Part shown: positions 29,456 through 40,003 of the stretch, piece by piece
Position numbering within the stretch: position 1 is the first letter of the stretch
Layout: each line of letters starts with the position of its first letter
Source: Nitrospirota bacterium
Lineage (GTDB): Bacteria > Nitrospirota > UBA9217
DNA: 64,000 bases
NCBI GenBank assembly: GCA_963751455.1
Contig: CAVVUN010000001.1
Location: forward strand, 448,001 to 512,000
Reading direction: 5' to 3'
Position numbers and translations under genes: made by a program
Notes under the pieces: model-generated
What the model saw: the letters and a program-made list of their open reading frames with translations, nothing else
Told to the model about the DNA's origin: nothing
Databases searched by the model: none

Positions 29456-29531
29456 GCCGAGGTAGCTCAGTTGGTAGAGCAGAGGCCTGAAAAGCCTCGT
29501 GTCCGCAGTTCGATTCTGCGCCTCGGCACCA
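29456..29531 (+). tRNA. tRNA-Phe(GAA)
   Basis: GCCGAGG acceptor stem, GAGGC-CTGAAAA-GCCTC anticodon arm, TTCGA, CCA. Confidence 0.95.
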
Positions 29532-29550
29532 CTTTCTTTTCACTTCTTTT

Positions 29551-29737
29551 TGTAACCACAGATGAACACGGATTAACATAGATTAAGGAAGTAAGATTCA
29601 TCTTTGTTGATCTGTGGTTAAATGATTTTTTGTTATTTCTTGTCGAAGCCAACCACAGCCACCAAATTAACACAGGTAAAGCAAATTCAAATCAGTTACC
29701 CCTTTGAAGATTCCATCTGTGTTCATCTGTGGTTACA
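29551..29737. repeat. 9-mer-repeat inverted element (ACAGATGAA family)
   Basis: 23-bp IR with one mismatch: TGTAACCACAGATGAACACGGAT / ATCTGTGTTCATCTGTGGTTACA, plus internal partial copies. Confidence 0.8.
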
Positions 29738-29745
29738 AATTATTG

Positions 29746-31143
29746 TCATTCCGTATCGAACAGCCCCAATTGCAGCATTTTTTCGCCCGGGAACGGCACC
29801 GGGTATTCGCCGTCGAAGCACGCGGCGCAGTAGTTTATCGGATGGGCCACCACTTTCTTCAGTCCCTCAATGCTAATGTAGCCGAGAGTATCCGCCGTTA
29901 TATACTTCCTGATTTCTTCTATACTGTGAGTAGAAGCAATAAGCTCCTGACGAGTCGGCATGTCAATGCCGTAGAAACAGGGATAGGACGTGGGCGGTGA
30001 ACTTATCCTCAAATGCACTTCAGCGGCCCCCGCATCCCTGATCATCTTGATGATCTTCTTGCTCGTCGTGCCGCGCACAATCGAATCATCCACCACGATG
30101 ACCCTTTTTCCTTTCAAAGCGTCTTTTACGGGATTCAGTTTGATCTTGACGCCGAAATGCCTGATCGCCTGCTGCGGCTCGATAAAGGTGCGGCCGACAT
30201 AATGGTTTCTGATGAGCCCCGTATCGAACGGGATTCCCGCCTCTTCGGCGTAACCCAATGCTGCGGGAACGCCCGAATCCGGTACGGGTATGACAACATC
30301 AGCCGGAACGCCTGCCTCCCGGGCGAGTTGTCTCCCGAATTCTTTCCGTATCGAGTACACGTTCTGGCCGAAGACCATGCTGTCCGGCCTCGCAAAATAA
30401 ATAAATTCAAAAATGCAATGGGATGGCTCGGCATGTTGGAACGGAAACGAGGAATGTATGCCATTCCTGTTGATTATGACCATTTCACCGGGGGCAATAT
30501 CCCGGATATACGTTGCTTCGATCAAATCGAAAGCGCACGTCTCCGAGGCGACGACATACGCACCGTCGAGTTCCGCGAGTGAGAGCGGCCTGAACCCGTG
30601 CGTGTCGCGAACCGCGATCAATTCGTCTTCCGTCATAATAAGAAGGCTGTAGGACCCCTGGACGTGGCTGAGAGCGTCGACAATACGTTCATGCAGGGTG
30701 GCCATGCGCGACTGCGCAATGAGGTGGACGATGACTTCCGTATCCGTGGTCGTCACGAATATAGAACCGTAGGCTTCCAACTCGTCTTTCAGTATCCCTG
30801 CATTAACCAGATTGCCGTTATGCGCGATTGCGAGACCGCCAAGGGCAAAGTTTACGAGAATGGGCTGGATGTTGAATGCGAAGCTGCCGCCCGCCGTCGA
30901 ATAGCGGTTGTGGCCTATGGCCATCTGTCCGGGGAGTCTCTTGATCCGGTCCGAACTGAAAATGTCGGCCACGAGGCCCATTGCCTTCTCGCCGAAAAGC
31001 TGTTTCCCGTCGGATGATACGATACCCGCCGATTCCTGGCCCCGATGCTGCAAGGCATAGAGCCCCAGGTACGTAAGGTTTGCGGCGTCCGGGTGGCCGT
31101 AGATCCCGAACACTCCGCATTCTTCGTGAAGCTTGTCGTACAT
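29746..31143 (-). CDS. purF: Amidophosphoribosyltransferase
   Basis: [36 protein letters not shown]. Confidence 0.97.
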   Translation of the reverse strand: MYDKLHEECGVFGIYGHPDAANLTYLGLYALQHRGQESAGIVSSDGKQLFGEKAMGLVADIFSSDRIKRLPGQMAIGHNRYSTAGGSFAFNIQPILVNFALGGLAIAHNGNLVNAGILKDELEAYGSIFVTTTDTEVIVHLIAQSRMATLHERIVDALSHVQGSYSLLIMTEDELIAVRDTHGFRPLSLAELDGAYVVASETCAFDLIEATYIRDIAPGEMVIINRNGIHSSFPFQHAEPSHCIFEFIYFARPDSMVFGQNVYSIRKEFGRQLAREAGVPADVVIPVPDSGVPAALGYAEEAGIPFDTGLIRNHYVGRTFIEPQQAIRHFGVKIKLNPVKDALKGKRVIVVDDSIVRGTTSKKIIKMIRDAGAAEVHLRISSPPTSYPCFYGIDMPTRQELIASTHSIEEIRKYITADTLGYISIEGLKKVVAHPINYCAACFDGEYPVPFPGEKMLQLGLFDTE

Positions 31144-31158
31144 AATACATCCTTAATC

Positions 31159-31226
31159 GATACAGGATGCAGGACGCAAGACGCACGACAAAGATGTCGT
31201 AATCATGCATCGTGAATCATGCATCA
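31159..31226. repeat. Inverted heptamer-repeat hairpin (GATGCAG / ATCATGC)
   Basis: gatacag gatgcag gacgcaa gacgcac versus aatcatg catcgtg aatcatg catca. Confidence 0.75.
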
Positions 31227-32525
31227 CGTTTTTTTCTTAAACACCCTCTTGAAGATAAAATCGACTTTCTTCAAGGTATGTTTCACGTCGAAACAGTTCT
31301 CTATCTCCCTGATGTTGAGATGTTTCCGGATGTCAGCGTCTTTCTTCAGGCGCTCCTTGAAATCCCCGCCCGTCTTCCAGACTTCCATGGCATTCCGTTG
31401 GACATAGGAATAGGCTGTCTCGCGGGTGATTCCCTTTGCCACGAGCGCCAGCATAACGGTCTCTGAGTGGAACAAACCCTTCGAGATCGACATGTTCCGT
31501 TCCATATTCGCGGGATATACGAAGAGCCTGTCTACCAGGCTGTTGAAACGCGCCAGCATGTAATCGATCAGTATCGTGCTGTCGGGAATGATGATTCGCT
31601 CCACGGAGGAGTGGCTTATGTCCCTTTCATGCCAGAGGGCGACATTTTCCATCGCAGCCAGCGCGTTTGCCCGTACGATCCTCGCAAGGCCGGACAGGTT
31701 CTCGGCTGAAATCGGGTTCCTCTTGTGCGGCATGGCGGAAGAGCCCTTTTGCCCCTCCGAGAAATACTCCTCCGCCTCGAGCACTTCCGTCCTTTGAAGG
31801 TGACGAAGCTCTACCGAGAACTTCTCAATAGACGATGCGACGAGCGCAAGCGAGGTCAAAAACTCGGCGTGCCGGTCACGCTGCACCACCTGGGTTGCAA
31901 CCGGCTCCGGGACAAGACCCAGTTTCCGGCACACATAGGATTCGACAAAAGGATCAATATTTGCAAACGTCCCGACCGCGCCCGAAACCTTTCCGACGCT
32001 GATCACGTCGCGTGCGCGCGTCATACGCTCGAGCGTCCTGCCCATTTCCTCGTACCAGAGCGCCATCTTGAGCCCGAAGGTGACCGGCTCCGCATGCACG
32101 CCGTGCGAGCGCCCGATCATGACGGTATTTTTATGCTTGAGGGCTTTCTTTTTGAGCGTCTTGAGGAGCGTTTTGACATCATCGATAATGATGTCCGACG
32201 CCTTTCGCATGAGCGATGCAAGCGAGGTATCAAGAACGTCCGATGAGGTAAGCCCGAGATGTATATAGCGGGATTCAGGGCCGACGTTTTCCCCGACTGC
32301 GGTAAGAAAAGCGATGACATCGTGTTTCACGGTCTTTTCGAGTTCATCGACACGCCGGACGCTGAAGTCCGCATTTTTCTTGATCGCCGCGAGCGCCTTT
32401 GCAGGGATCAATCCTAGTTTCGCGTTCGCCTCGCAGGCCAGGATTTCTACCTCAAGCCATGCGCGATATCTGTTCTCCGGTTCCCAGAGGCCGGCCATTT
32501 GCGGCCTGCTGTAACGAGGGATCAT
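31224..32525 (-). CDS. purB: Adenylosuccinate lyase
   Basis: MIPRYS, HDVIAF, GRSHG, GSSAMPHKRNP, HERDISHSS. Confidence 0.97.
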   Translation of the reverse strand: MIPRYSRPQMAGLWEPENRYRAWLEVEILACEANAKLGLIPAKALAAIKKNADFSVRRVDELEKTVKHDVIAFLTAVGENVGPESRYIHLGLTSSDVLDTSLASLMRKASDIIIDDVKTLLKTLKKKALKHKNTVMIGRSHGVHAEPVTFGLKMALWYEEMGRTLERMTRARDVISVGKVSGAVGTFANIDPFVESYVCRKLGLVPEPVATQVVQRDRHAEFLTSLALVASSIEKFSVELRHLQRTEVLEAEEYFSEGQKGSSAMPHKRNPISAENLSGLARIVRANALAAMENVALWHERDISHSSVERIIIPDSTILIDYMLARFNSLVDRLFVYPANMERNMSISKGLFHSETVMLALVAKGITRETAYSYVQRNAMEVWKTGGDFKERLKKDADIRKHLNIREIENCFDVKHTLKKVDFIFKRVFKKKT

Positions 32526-32608
32526 ATGTTCAGGCCTCCTGCTCTCAATGAAGCTTATTGCGCCCGTATCCGAACATTAATTTTCCTGCCGGCAAAAAAA
32601 GAATCATT

Positions 32609-33100
32609 CTACGTTTGAATCAATTTCAATATCTTTTCATACATTGCCGCATCGGGAGCCAGCAAGCTGATATCTATCCCGCGCCCCCCCGCGCCTTCGC
32701 CAAGGCCTTTGCGTAAAGCGGACACCGCGGTCTCGTACGGCATATCCGGCGAAGGCAAATATTCCAGGGCCGCGTCCGCAACTCCGGCGGATACGGCGGT
32801 TCCAACTGCAGTCCTGGCCGCAGCGGCCACGGTCGAGGGAGAAAGCGCTTCACGCGGTCCCATTCCGACCATGAATATTTTTTGCGCCGGAACCTTTCCG
32901 CCGGAGGTCACCAACGCCACATCACCCGTCGCTCCTGTCAATTTATTTTCCAGGATCAGGCGGGAAAGCGCGCCGCAAAGCAGCCAGTCAAGTTCGCCCG
33001 CAAGTCCTTTGAGCGGTCTGACATTTTCAAAAAATCCGACAATCAATGCCTCGGTATTGATTTTTTTTATGTCCTGCAGAACCACCCTCAAACCGGGCAT
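32609..33100 (-). CDS. Stand-alone peptidase M17 N-terminal-domain protein
   Basis: FFE..RPLKG.AG.LDW.L.G.LSRLI and K....GMG; no catalytic domain; start uncertain. Confidence 0.65.
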   Translation of the reverse strand: MPGLRVVLQDIKKINTEALIVGFFENVRPLKGLAGELDWLLCGALSRLILENKLTGATGDVALVTSGGKVPAQKIFMVGMGPREALSPSTVAAAARTAVGTAVSAGVADAALEYLPSPDMPYETAVSALRKGLGEGAGGRGIDISLLAPDAAMYEKILKLIQT

Positions 33101-33120
33101 CCCTTCAGCGGCTTTTTGCC

Positions 33121-33211
33121 GCAAATGCAAATTGAAAGTTCCAAATTGGAAATTGGAAATTTGTTGTTATGGCGGAGGCCATATATTTATTTGAATTTTG
33201 CACTTTGCAAT
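33121..33211. repeat. Inverted heptamer-repeat hairpin (TGGAAAT family)
   Basis: tgcaaat tgaaagt tccaaat tggaaat tggaaat versus tttgaat tttgcac tttgcaa. Confidence 0.7.
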
Positions 33212-33252
33212 AGGGGGTTTCCCCCCTTTCAGGCTCTCCAGGTTTCCGGAGG

Positions 33253-33684
33253 TTAATCTTCTATCTTTCCCTCTTCAAGCTTGCCGGTGACCCGGGCAAC
33301 TTTATCGAGGATGCCGTTCACAAAGGCGCCGGACTCCTCGGTCCCGTACTTCTTGGCTATTTCTATGGCCTCATTGATGGTGACGCTCGTAGGAATATCG
33401 ATCCGATAAAAAATTTCGTAAACCGCCATTCTCAGCACATTCCGATCTACGACGGCCATGCGGTCGAGGCTCCAGTTTTTGGCATTTGAATGGATCAGAT
33501 CGTTTATCTTGGCGAGGTACTTATACGTCCCCTTGACGATTTCCTCGGCAAAAGCCTTGACTTCATCGTCCGGTTCCTGTTCAGCCCAGAAATGCTTCAG
33601 GACGGTAGCCGAAGGTTTTTCTTTTCTGATATCGAGTTGGAAGAGTATCTGAAGCGCATACTCCCTGGCCTTGCGTCGCTTCAT
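33253..33684 (-). CDS. nusB: Transcription antitermination factor NusB
   Basis: RRKAREYALQILF, DRNVLR, INEAIEIAKKYG..FVNGILD. Start at MKRRK. Confidence 0.96.
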   Translation of the reverse strand: MKRRKAREYALQILFQLDIRKEKPSATVLKHFWAEQEPDDEVKAFAEEIVKGTYKYLAKINDLIHSNAKNWSLDRMAVVDRNVLRMAVYEIFYRIDIPTSVTINEAIEIAKKYGTEESGAFVNGILDKVARVTGKLEEGKIED

Positions 33685-33869
33685 AAAGAGGACCAGACCC
33701 CAAATGACAAGCACCAAGAAAAAATAAGCATCAAATGGTAAGCACTAAATCCGAAATAAGCGCCAATAATCAAGCGCCCGGTTCCAAACGTTCTGAAATC
33801 TGGACATTCGAGTTGGGACTTTATTTGGAATTTGGGATTTTGGAGATTTGTTCTATGGAATTTTTTCAT
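33681..33869 (-). other. Heptamer-repeat hairpin carrying a 62-aa bridging ORF
   Basis: Degenerate CAAAT/ATTTG heptamers; the ORF overlaps the ribH stop and the nusB start, both by ATGA. Confidence 0.6.
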
Positions 33870-34336
33870 TTGCCCAGTTGTTTCATCAGATTTGCCATTT
33901 CGATTGCCGAAACCGCCGCGTCCCAGCCTTTGTTTCCGCTCTTTGTGCCGGCGCGCTCGATCGCCTGCTCGATGGTATCGGTCGTCAGCACGCCGAATAT
34001 GACGGGCAAACCGGTTTCCAGTGAGACCGCTGCAACACCCTTGCTGACTTCAGCGCTTACATATTCAAAATGAGGAGTGGCTCCCCGGATCACTGCTCCA
34101 AGGCAGATGACGGCGTTGTACTTTTTTGAGAGGGCCATGGTCCTCGCCGCCAGCGGAACTTCGTAAGACCCAGGCACCTTGGCGATTTCTATGTCGCCGT
34201 CCGCTACGCCGTGCCGCTGCAATCCGTCGAGGCAGCCGTCCAGCAGCCTGCTCGTAATAAAATCATTAAACCGTGCGGCAACGATGCCGAACTTGAGTCC
34301 CTTCGCTGAAAGATCTCCCTCAATCATTTTAGGCAT
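33866..34336 (-). CDS. ribH: 6,7-dimethyl-8-ribityllumazine synthase
   Basis: [34 protein letters not shown]. Confidence 0.97.
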   Translation of the reverse strand: MPKMIEGDLSAKGLKFGIVAARFNDFITSRLLDGCLDGLQRHGVADGDIEIAKVPGSYEVPLAARTMALSKKYNAVICLGAVIRGATPHFEYVSAEVSKGVAAVSLETGLPVIFGVLTTDTIEQAIERAGTKSGNKGWDAAVSAIEMANLMKQLGK

Positions 34337-34353
34337 GCGGTTCCTCCGTAAAC

Positions 34354-34430
34354 ATTGGCATAGCGCATAGTGCATGGCGCATAGTTTAAAATTTTAACGC
34401 CTAGCACTATGCTCTTTGCGCTCTGCGCCT
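34354..34430. repeat. Inverted heptamer-repeat hairpin (TAGCGCA family)
   Basis: tagcgca tagtgca tggcgca tag versus cgcctag cactatg ctctttg cgctctg cgc. Confidence 0.75.
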
Positions 34431-34437
34431 CATTGCA

Positions 34438-35643
34438 TCAGACTTTCTCCAGCATATGTCCTAGTTTGTTCTTTTTGACCTTGAGATAATGGATGTTTTT
34501 CGAGTGAGGGTGCATCTCGATCGGCACGCGCGCAACCACGCTCAGTCCGTACCCTTCGAGGCCGATGATCTTCTTCGGGTTATTGGTCAGGAGCTTTATC
34601 TTCCGGACGCCGAGATCGCGAAGTATCTGTGCGCCAACTCCGTAGTCCCTCAGGTCCGCCTTGAACCCGAGCGCAAGATTCGCCTCTACCGTGTCCTTGC
34701 CGTTGTCCTGAAGTTCGTATGCCTTGAGCTTGCCTTCGAGACCGATGCCGCGCCCTTCCTGCCGCATATAGAGAATAACGCCTTTGCCTTCTTCCTCAAT
34801 TATTTTCATCGCGTTATGAAGCTGTTCGCCGCAATCGCAGCGAAGCGAACCGAACACGTCGCCGGTCAGGCACTCGGAATGCACCCGGACAAGCACGTCG
34901 TCTTCTGGCTTGATTTCTCCCTTGACGAGCGCTATGTGGTTCATCCTGTCGATTTCGTTGCTGTAGAGGATGGCCGTAAAGTCCGATCCGTGGCTGGTCG
35001 GCATTTTCGTGACCGCCACCCTGCGGACGAGCGATTCTTTTCTGATACGATACGCAATCAGGTCCTTGACGGTAATGATCTTGAGATCGAATTTTTTTGA
35101 GAACTCGATGAGCTGCGGAACCCGGGACATGGTCCCGTCGTCGTTCATGATTTCGCAGATGACACCGGCCGGATACAGTCCGGCAAGCCGCGCGAGATCG
35201 ACGGAACCCTCGGTCTGGCCTGCACGCTGCAGAACGCCTCCCGGACGCGCCTTGAGCGGGAACACATGGCCCGGCCGCGCCAGGTCCTCGGGTCCGGATT
35301 TGGCATGAATCGCGGTCTTGATCGTCGTTGCCCGGTCTGCCGCTGAAATGCCGGTGGTCACGCCTTTCTTTGCCTCAACCGAGATCGTAAACGCGGTCCC
35401 GAACGAGGACGTATTGTCCGTCGTCATCATGGGCAGCTGCAGGTGCTCCACGCGTTCCGGAGTAAGAGAAAGGCAAATAAGCCCGCGCCCGTGCTTGGCC
35501 ATGAAATTGATCGCTTCCGGCGTTACGGCCTCGGCCGCCATCGTCAGATCTCCCTCGTTTTCCCGGTCCTCGTCATCTACGAGGATCACCATCTTGCCCT
35601 TCCGGATATCTTCGATGGCTTCTTCGATCGTATTGAACTTCAT
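34438..35643 (-). CDS. ribBA: Bifunctional DHBP synthase / GTP cyclohydrolase II
   Basis: [47 protein letters not shown]. Confidence 0.97.
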   Translation of the reverse strand: MKFNTIEEAIEDIRKGKMVILVDDEDRENEGDLTMAAEAVTPEAINFMAKHGRGLICLSLTPERVEHLQLPMMTTDNTSSFGTAFTISVEAKKGVTTGISAADRATTIKTAIHAKSGPEDLARPGHVFPLKARPGGVLQRAGQTEGSVDLARLAGLYPAGVICEIMNDDGTMSRVPQLIEFSKKFDLKIITVKDLIAYRIRKESLVRRVAVTKMPTSHGSDFTAILYSNEIDRMNHIALVKGEIKPEDDVLVRVHSECLTGDVFGSLRCDCGEQLHNAMKIIEEEGKGVILYMRQEGRGIGLEGKLKAYELQDNGKDTVEANLALGFKADLRDYGVGAQILRDLGVRKIKLLTNNPKKIIGLEGYGLSVVARVPIEMHPHSKNIHYLKVKKNKLGHMLEKV

Positions 35644-35659
35644 AAAATCACCCCATTCT

Positions 35660-35756
35660 GGACCAAGGCAACCGCCTGCACCCAGCGGTTACGAGTGGTA
35701 TCGCGAGTGCAGGGTGTGTTGCCGTTATCAACGCCGACATGGTCGGCTCGCTCCAT
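35660..35756. repeat. Hairpin repeat element, copy 2
   Basis: Near-identical to 40617-40739 apart from a central indel. Confidence 0.88.
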
Positions 35757-35762
35757 AATTAA

Positions 35763-36401
35763 TTACGCAAATCCCGATTTCGTGAGCGTCTCCAGGCTGA
35801 CGCCTTCTGCGACCCTGCCGGACAGGAGTCGCTCAACGTACTTGCCGATGATGTCCGTCTCGAGGTTGACGCTGTCTCCCGCACCTTTGAAACCGAGCGT
35901 CGTCAGCTTTGCAGTATGGGGAATCATCGCAATCGAGAATACGCCTTTATCGACATCCGCAACCGTGAGACTGATCCCGTCGACTGCTATGGAACCCTTT
36001 TTAATAATTGTCCTGAGTGAGGCGTCGGGAGCTTCAATGAAAATACGCCAGGAATTGCCTTCCTGCCTTTTCTCTTTAACTCGACCGACCGCATCCACAT
36101 GACCCGTTACCAGATGACCGCCGATCCTGGCCGAAAGCCGCAGCGCCCTTTCCAGGTTAACCTGCTTCCCGACGGCAAGCTCTCCAAGGTTCGTCACCTT
36201 GAGCGTTTCGAGCGCAACATCGGCTGAGAAATCCCCTTTGCCCAGTTCCACAACCGTCAGGCAGACGCCGTTCACGCATATGCTCTCGCCGATCCCCGTC
36301 CCTTCAAGCACAAGCGAAGCCGAAACCGTAAGACGGGCTGCGCCGGCCTCACGCCTGAGCATTTTTACGCTTCCCATCTCTTCAATGATGCCGGTGAACA
36401 T
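35763..36401 (-). CDS. ribE: Riboflavin synthase alpha chain
   Basis: MFTGIIEE, NGVCLTV, VNLERAL, GGH.V.GHVD. Confidence 0.97.
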   Translation of the reverse strand: MFTGIIEEMGSVKMLRREAGAARLTVSASLVLEGTGIGESICVNGVCLTVVELGKGDFSADVALETLKVTNLGELAVGKQVNLERALRLSARIGGHLVTGHVDAVGRVKEKRQEGNSWRIFIEAPDASLRTIIKKGSIAVDGISLTVADVDKGVFSIAMIPHTAKLTTLGFKGAGDSVNLETDIIGKYVERLLSGRVAEGVSLETLTKSGFA

Positions 36402-36444
36402 TTATCCTCAAGGTTTCCGTCTATTACGCTACACAGATGACCTG

Positions 36445-37170
36445 CTACTTCCCAAGCGGAAGCAATACGATCTCGATCCTTCGGTTCTTGTGTTTCCCCT
36501 CGTCGGTGTCATTCGGGGCGATAGGCTGATATTCCGAATACCCGGTGGCCGAGAGCAGGCGAGGATCGATTCCCCCCGCTTCCTGGAGATACCGGACCAC
36601 TTCGGTTGAGCGGGCCGTTGAAAGTTCCCAGTTTGTTGGGAACCGTTTCTTTATCTGACTTACGATCTGGACGTTGTCCGTATGGCCTTCGATCTGGATT
36701 CTCTTGTCCTTGACGTCCTTGAGGATGCTGACGACCTTGTCCAGCACTTTCCTGCCCGCTTTACTGATCTCGGCGCTTCCCGAAGGGAAGATAATCTTGT
36801 CGACCATGGTCATGGTCAGACGGTTTTTCATCTCGGTGATCTGCACCTGGCCTTCCTCGATTTCCTTCTCCAGTTTTTTCGTCAGGTCCTGGTATGTCTG
36901 GGTGGCTCTCTCAAGCTGGACCGCTTTTTCGGCCTGCTCGGTCAATTCGTTTATTTTTGCCTGGAGTGCGTCTCTCTCCTGCCGGGCTGCTTCATTGTCC
37001 TTCTTTAGCGCGTTCATCTCCGCAGTCAAGTTAACAACCTGCTCCTGCAGGGAATCAGTCTGCGACGACAGCAATTCGGCTTCCTTGGCTTTCGTATCAT
37101 ACGTACCCTGCGATACGCAGCCAACAAGCAGCAACATGGCAAACAAAGGAAAAACAATGGTTTTTCGCAT
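36445..37170 (-). CDS. Coiled-coil OmpA/MotB-domain lipoprotein
   Basis: Lipobox LVGC, coiled coil, EGHTDN, NWELSTAR, NRRIEI. Confidence 0.88.
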   Translation of the reverse strand: MRKTIVFPLFAMLLLVGCVSQGTYDTKAKEAELLSSQTDSLQEQVVNLTAEMNALKKDNEAARQERDALQAKINELTEQAEKAVQLERATQTYQDLTKKLEKEIEEGQVQITEMKNRLTMTMVDKIIFPSGSAEISKAGRKVLDKVVSILKDVKDKRIQIEGHTDNVQIVSQIKKRFPTNWELSTARSTEVVRYLQEAGGIDPRLLSATGYSEYQPIAPNDTDEGKHKNRRIEIVLLPLGK

Positions 37171-37268
37171 CCGCTCCTCCTATTTACTTCATGATTGTGA
37201 CAGTACCGTAGAGCAGGGTTATAATAACTTCAGTCCCTTTTATTGTCAAGAATATTGTAGAAAAAGAA

Positions 37269-37862
37269 CTACTTATCTTCTTTAAAGCACGGAATGCAAA
37301 CGACCGTTCCGTTTTTCTCGCGTCCGCGCGACTCCATAAGTTTCTCGCCGCAGGAAGCACAGCGGATCGAGCGCCGGATCTTGGCCTCTTGCGGAGGGGG
37401 CGCGTCTGTGCGTGAAATGGTCATAATCTCTTTTTCATCGGCGTTCAGTATCGCAGTCGCCTTTTCCATCATGTACGCCTGCTTATCGCGCGAAACGTCC
37501 TCTCCCGCGTCCTGCCGTTTTTTCAGCTCGGCAAACCTGCTGTCCGCTTCAAACCCCCGGTAGTCCTCGGAAATGCGCACTCCCCGTCCTGTTCGCCGAT
37601 TGAAGAACGAGTAGACGTGCTTTCCATAGTCCCGGAAAATGAAATTTCCCTTTCCGAACGTCGCTCCCGTTATAAATTGTATTGCATCGGCGGCGCAGGA
37701 GTCGTTCTCCACGACTGCCACAAGCTCCTCGTCATGCGGCCGCTCCGCCCCGAGCTCGCGGAGAGCCGCCTTTGCCACCCGATAGCCGAGGGAAAGACCC
37801 GGGCAGAGGTGGCCGTGGAACTGGATGGTCTCTCTTAAATCGGAGTCGTTGATGTTTGCCAT
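37269..37862 (-). CDS. FmdE-family protein with C-terminal zinc finger
   Basis: FHGHLCPG, ENDSC..DAIQ, GKGN, CASCGE..CIPC. Confidence 0.88.
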   Translation of the reverse strand: MANINDSDLRETIQFHGHLCPGLSLGYRVAKAALRELGAERPHDEELVAVVENDSCAADAIQFITGATFGKGNFIFRDYGKHVYSFFNRRTGRGVRISEDYRGFEADSRFAELKKRQDAGEDVSRDKQAYMMEKATAILNADEKEIMTISRTDAPPPQEAKIRRSIRCASCGEKLMESRGREKNGTVVCIPCFKEDK

Positions 37863-37878
37863 TAAATCTCCTTAATTA

Positions 37879-37996
37879 GCCATGGATAAACACGAATTAC
37901 ACGGATTAAACCGAATATTTCAATGTCGTATGTTTTAATAACGGCGAAAATAGACAAAGAAAAGCTTTTTCCGTGGCATCCGTGCAAATCCGTGGC
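37879..37996. repeat. 9-mer-repeat inverted element (CACGGAT family)
   Basis: gccatggataaacacgaattacacggatt versus tccgtggcatccgtgcaaatccgtggc. Confidence 0.75.
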
Positions 37997-38007
37997 AAAA
38001 TACCCGC

Positions 38008-39099
38008 TTATTTCCTCAGGACGAGCTTCGCCGCCAGGATCGCCTTTGCCCGCTTCAAGTGGCTTTTGACCGTGTCGCTGTCTTCTATGGCGAGATGGAT
38101 CTCCTTTGCCACTTCCTCTTCTCCGGCGTGACTCGCCTTGCCGGCCCACATCCGGTAGCTCTCAACGTGGCTGTCCTCATGTTCGATCCAGTGCTCAAGC
38201 ATGGTCTGCAGTTTCCGCAAATCTTCGATACCGTGGCCCGTATGGGCGTGGTCAGCGGGGTGCTTGTGATTTTCGTGCATGGAACCTCCATTTTCATGAT
38301 AGTGGCCGTAGTGCCCATGCCTGTGAACATGAGCGCTGTCTCCGTGGCGGTGCGCGTGCTCATGAATGAGATTGACCTTGAGCAGCAGTTCTTCATTCGA
38401 GATGATGTCGGAAAACCGTCCATCCGCAGCCACGGAATGGTCCTCGGATAAAACAACGGCCCGGTCCGCGATATCTCCGGCAATCGAAAGGTCATGGGTC
38501 GCCGAGATAATGGTTTTTCCCTGTCCGTGCAACTCCTCCAAAAGCTCGATCAGCCAGACCTGGGTCCGGGGATCCAGACCGTTTGTCGGTTCGTCAAGGA
38601 GCAGTACATCGGGATCGACGGCAAGACTTGACGCGATCGCGACTTTTTTTTTCTGCCCGTCGGACAGCGCATGCGGCGCGCGGTCGCGTATATCGACGAT
38701 CCGGAGCAACTCCAGCAATTTTTCCACAGTTGCCTGTATCCGGTCAGGGGGGTATCCCAACTGGAGCGGGCCGAAAGCGATATCGTCCCAGACTGTCGCG
38801 GAGAAAAGCTGAATATCGGGGTTCTGGAACACAAAGGCGACCCTTTTCCGGAAGTCAGCCGAAAAATTTCCGTCTTCCAGCGCATCCTCGGTCAGGGCTT
38901 TTCCGAAGGCGAGAATAGTTCCCGCTTTCGGAAATACGAGCCCGTCGAGCATGGTCAGCAGTGTGGATTTTCCCGTGCCGTTCGAACCGAGAATAACCGT
39001 CCGTTCGCCCGCCCCAAATTCAAGATTAACATCGCTCAGGACGGGCCCTGAATCCGGATAGGAATAAAAAAGGTTTTTCACGCTGAAAACGGCCGTCAT
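38008..39099 (-). CDS. cbiO: ECF Ni/Co transporter ATPase (CbiO/NikO) with His-rich C-terminal fusion
   Basis: GSNGTGKST, FQNPD, LSDGQKK, LLLDEP, THD; poly-His linker plus an extra helical domain. Confidence 0.88.
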   Translation of the reverse strand: MTAVFSVKNLFYSYPDSGPVLSDVNLEFGAGERTVILGSNGTGKSTLLTMLDGLVFPKAGTILAFGKALTEDALEDGNFSADFRKRVAFVFQNPDIQLFSATVWDDIAFGPLQLGYPPDRIQATVEKLLELLRIVDIRDRAPHALSDGQKKKVAIASSLAVDPDVLLLDEPTNGLDPRTQVWLIELLEELHGQGKTIISATHDLSIAGDIADRAVVLSEDHSVAADGRFSDIISNEELLLKVNLIHEHAHRHGDSAHVHRHGHYGHYHENGGSMHENHKHPADHAHTGHGIEDLRKLQTMLEHWIEHEDSHVESYRMWAGKASHAGEEEVAKEIHLAIEDSDTVKSHLKRAKAILAAKLVLRK

Positions 39100-39967
39100 A
39101 CCAGTCCCTTCTCGAACATGATGAGTATACCACCGAACAAAAGCACTGTCACCAGCCAGATATAATCCGCCGGCGCAGGATGAAAGCGGCTGATCGAACG
39201 AAATTCTCCCCGAAAGCCGCGTGACAGCATTGCCCGGTAGATGTCCTCGCTCATGTCCAGCGATTTTCTGAAAGTCACCCCGATGCGGGACGCTGTCCAG
39301 TTTCTCTCCTCGCTCCCCGAAAGCGGCCTGATAGTCCTGCTTTTTCTCGCCCGGTACATGTCCTGCACAAGACGGAGGAACACAAAAAGGTATCGGTACG
39401 TCATACTCAACGTCACGATGAAAACACGGGGAACGAATAAAGAACGGAGACCGGAGAAAACATCACCCCATCTGGTCGTAAGCGTAAAGAGGACCGCGAA
39501 CGAGACGGAAGCGGCCACGCGGGAAACGAAGACAATGCCGCCCCATACACCCTGCCTGGTCACCGTTATTGCTGCCGGGATCGTGTAGGGTCCCCAGGTG
39601 CGCTCATACCCGAGATCTACCAGCCTCCAAGATCGTCGCCGGGCGTGACAATATTCAATGCCGCCGGCAGGACGATCATCGCAGAGAAGAGGGGCACGAA
39701 CAGCCAGACCCGTTTGAGGATCAACCCGATCGGTACTCTGGAAAGCGCTGCAAGCAGGACGCTCAGTCCGTAGAACATCCATAGTATTCCGACAGTGTGA
39801 CTGACGCTGATAAGAACGAGGATAAACACAAAGGTAACCAGCTTGATCCTGACATCAAGCGCCTGCAGAAAACCGCTTTTATAGGCATACGCTTCGGAAA
39901 GAAGCGACTGCTTTGCGACGTTTGCAACGGCCAACAAGGTTTTATCAAGAAATCGCGCTTTAGACAA
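39096..39967 (-). pseudogene. cbiQ: ECF transmembrane component CbiQ/NikQ, frameshifted near 39630
   Basis: N-half (LQALDVRIKL..TPGDD) and C-half (WRLVDLG..YRY..ARKSR..AMLSRGF) are in different frames; could be a sequencing error. Confidence 0.8.
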
Positions 39968-40003
39968 AATAAACTCCGAAAGAAGCCGCCTAGAGCAGAG
40001 CGC

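Noticed and set aside
36402-36444. FMN riboswitch ahead of the rib genes
   Set aside because: The gap is only 43 bp; the 35660 hairpin lacks RFN motifs and recurs at unrelated genes.
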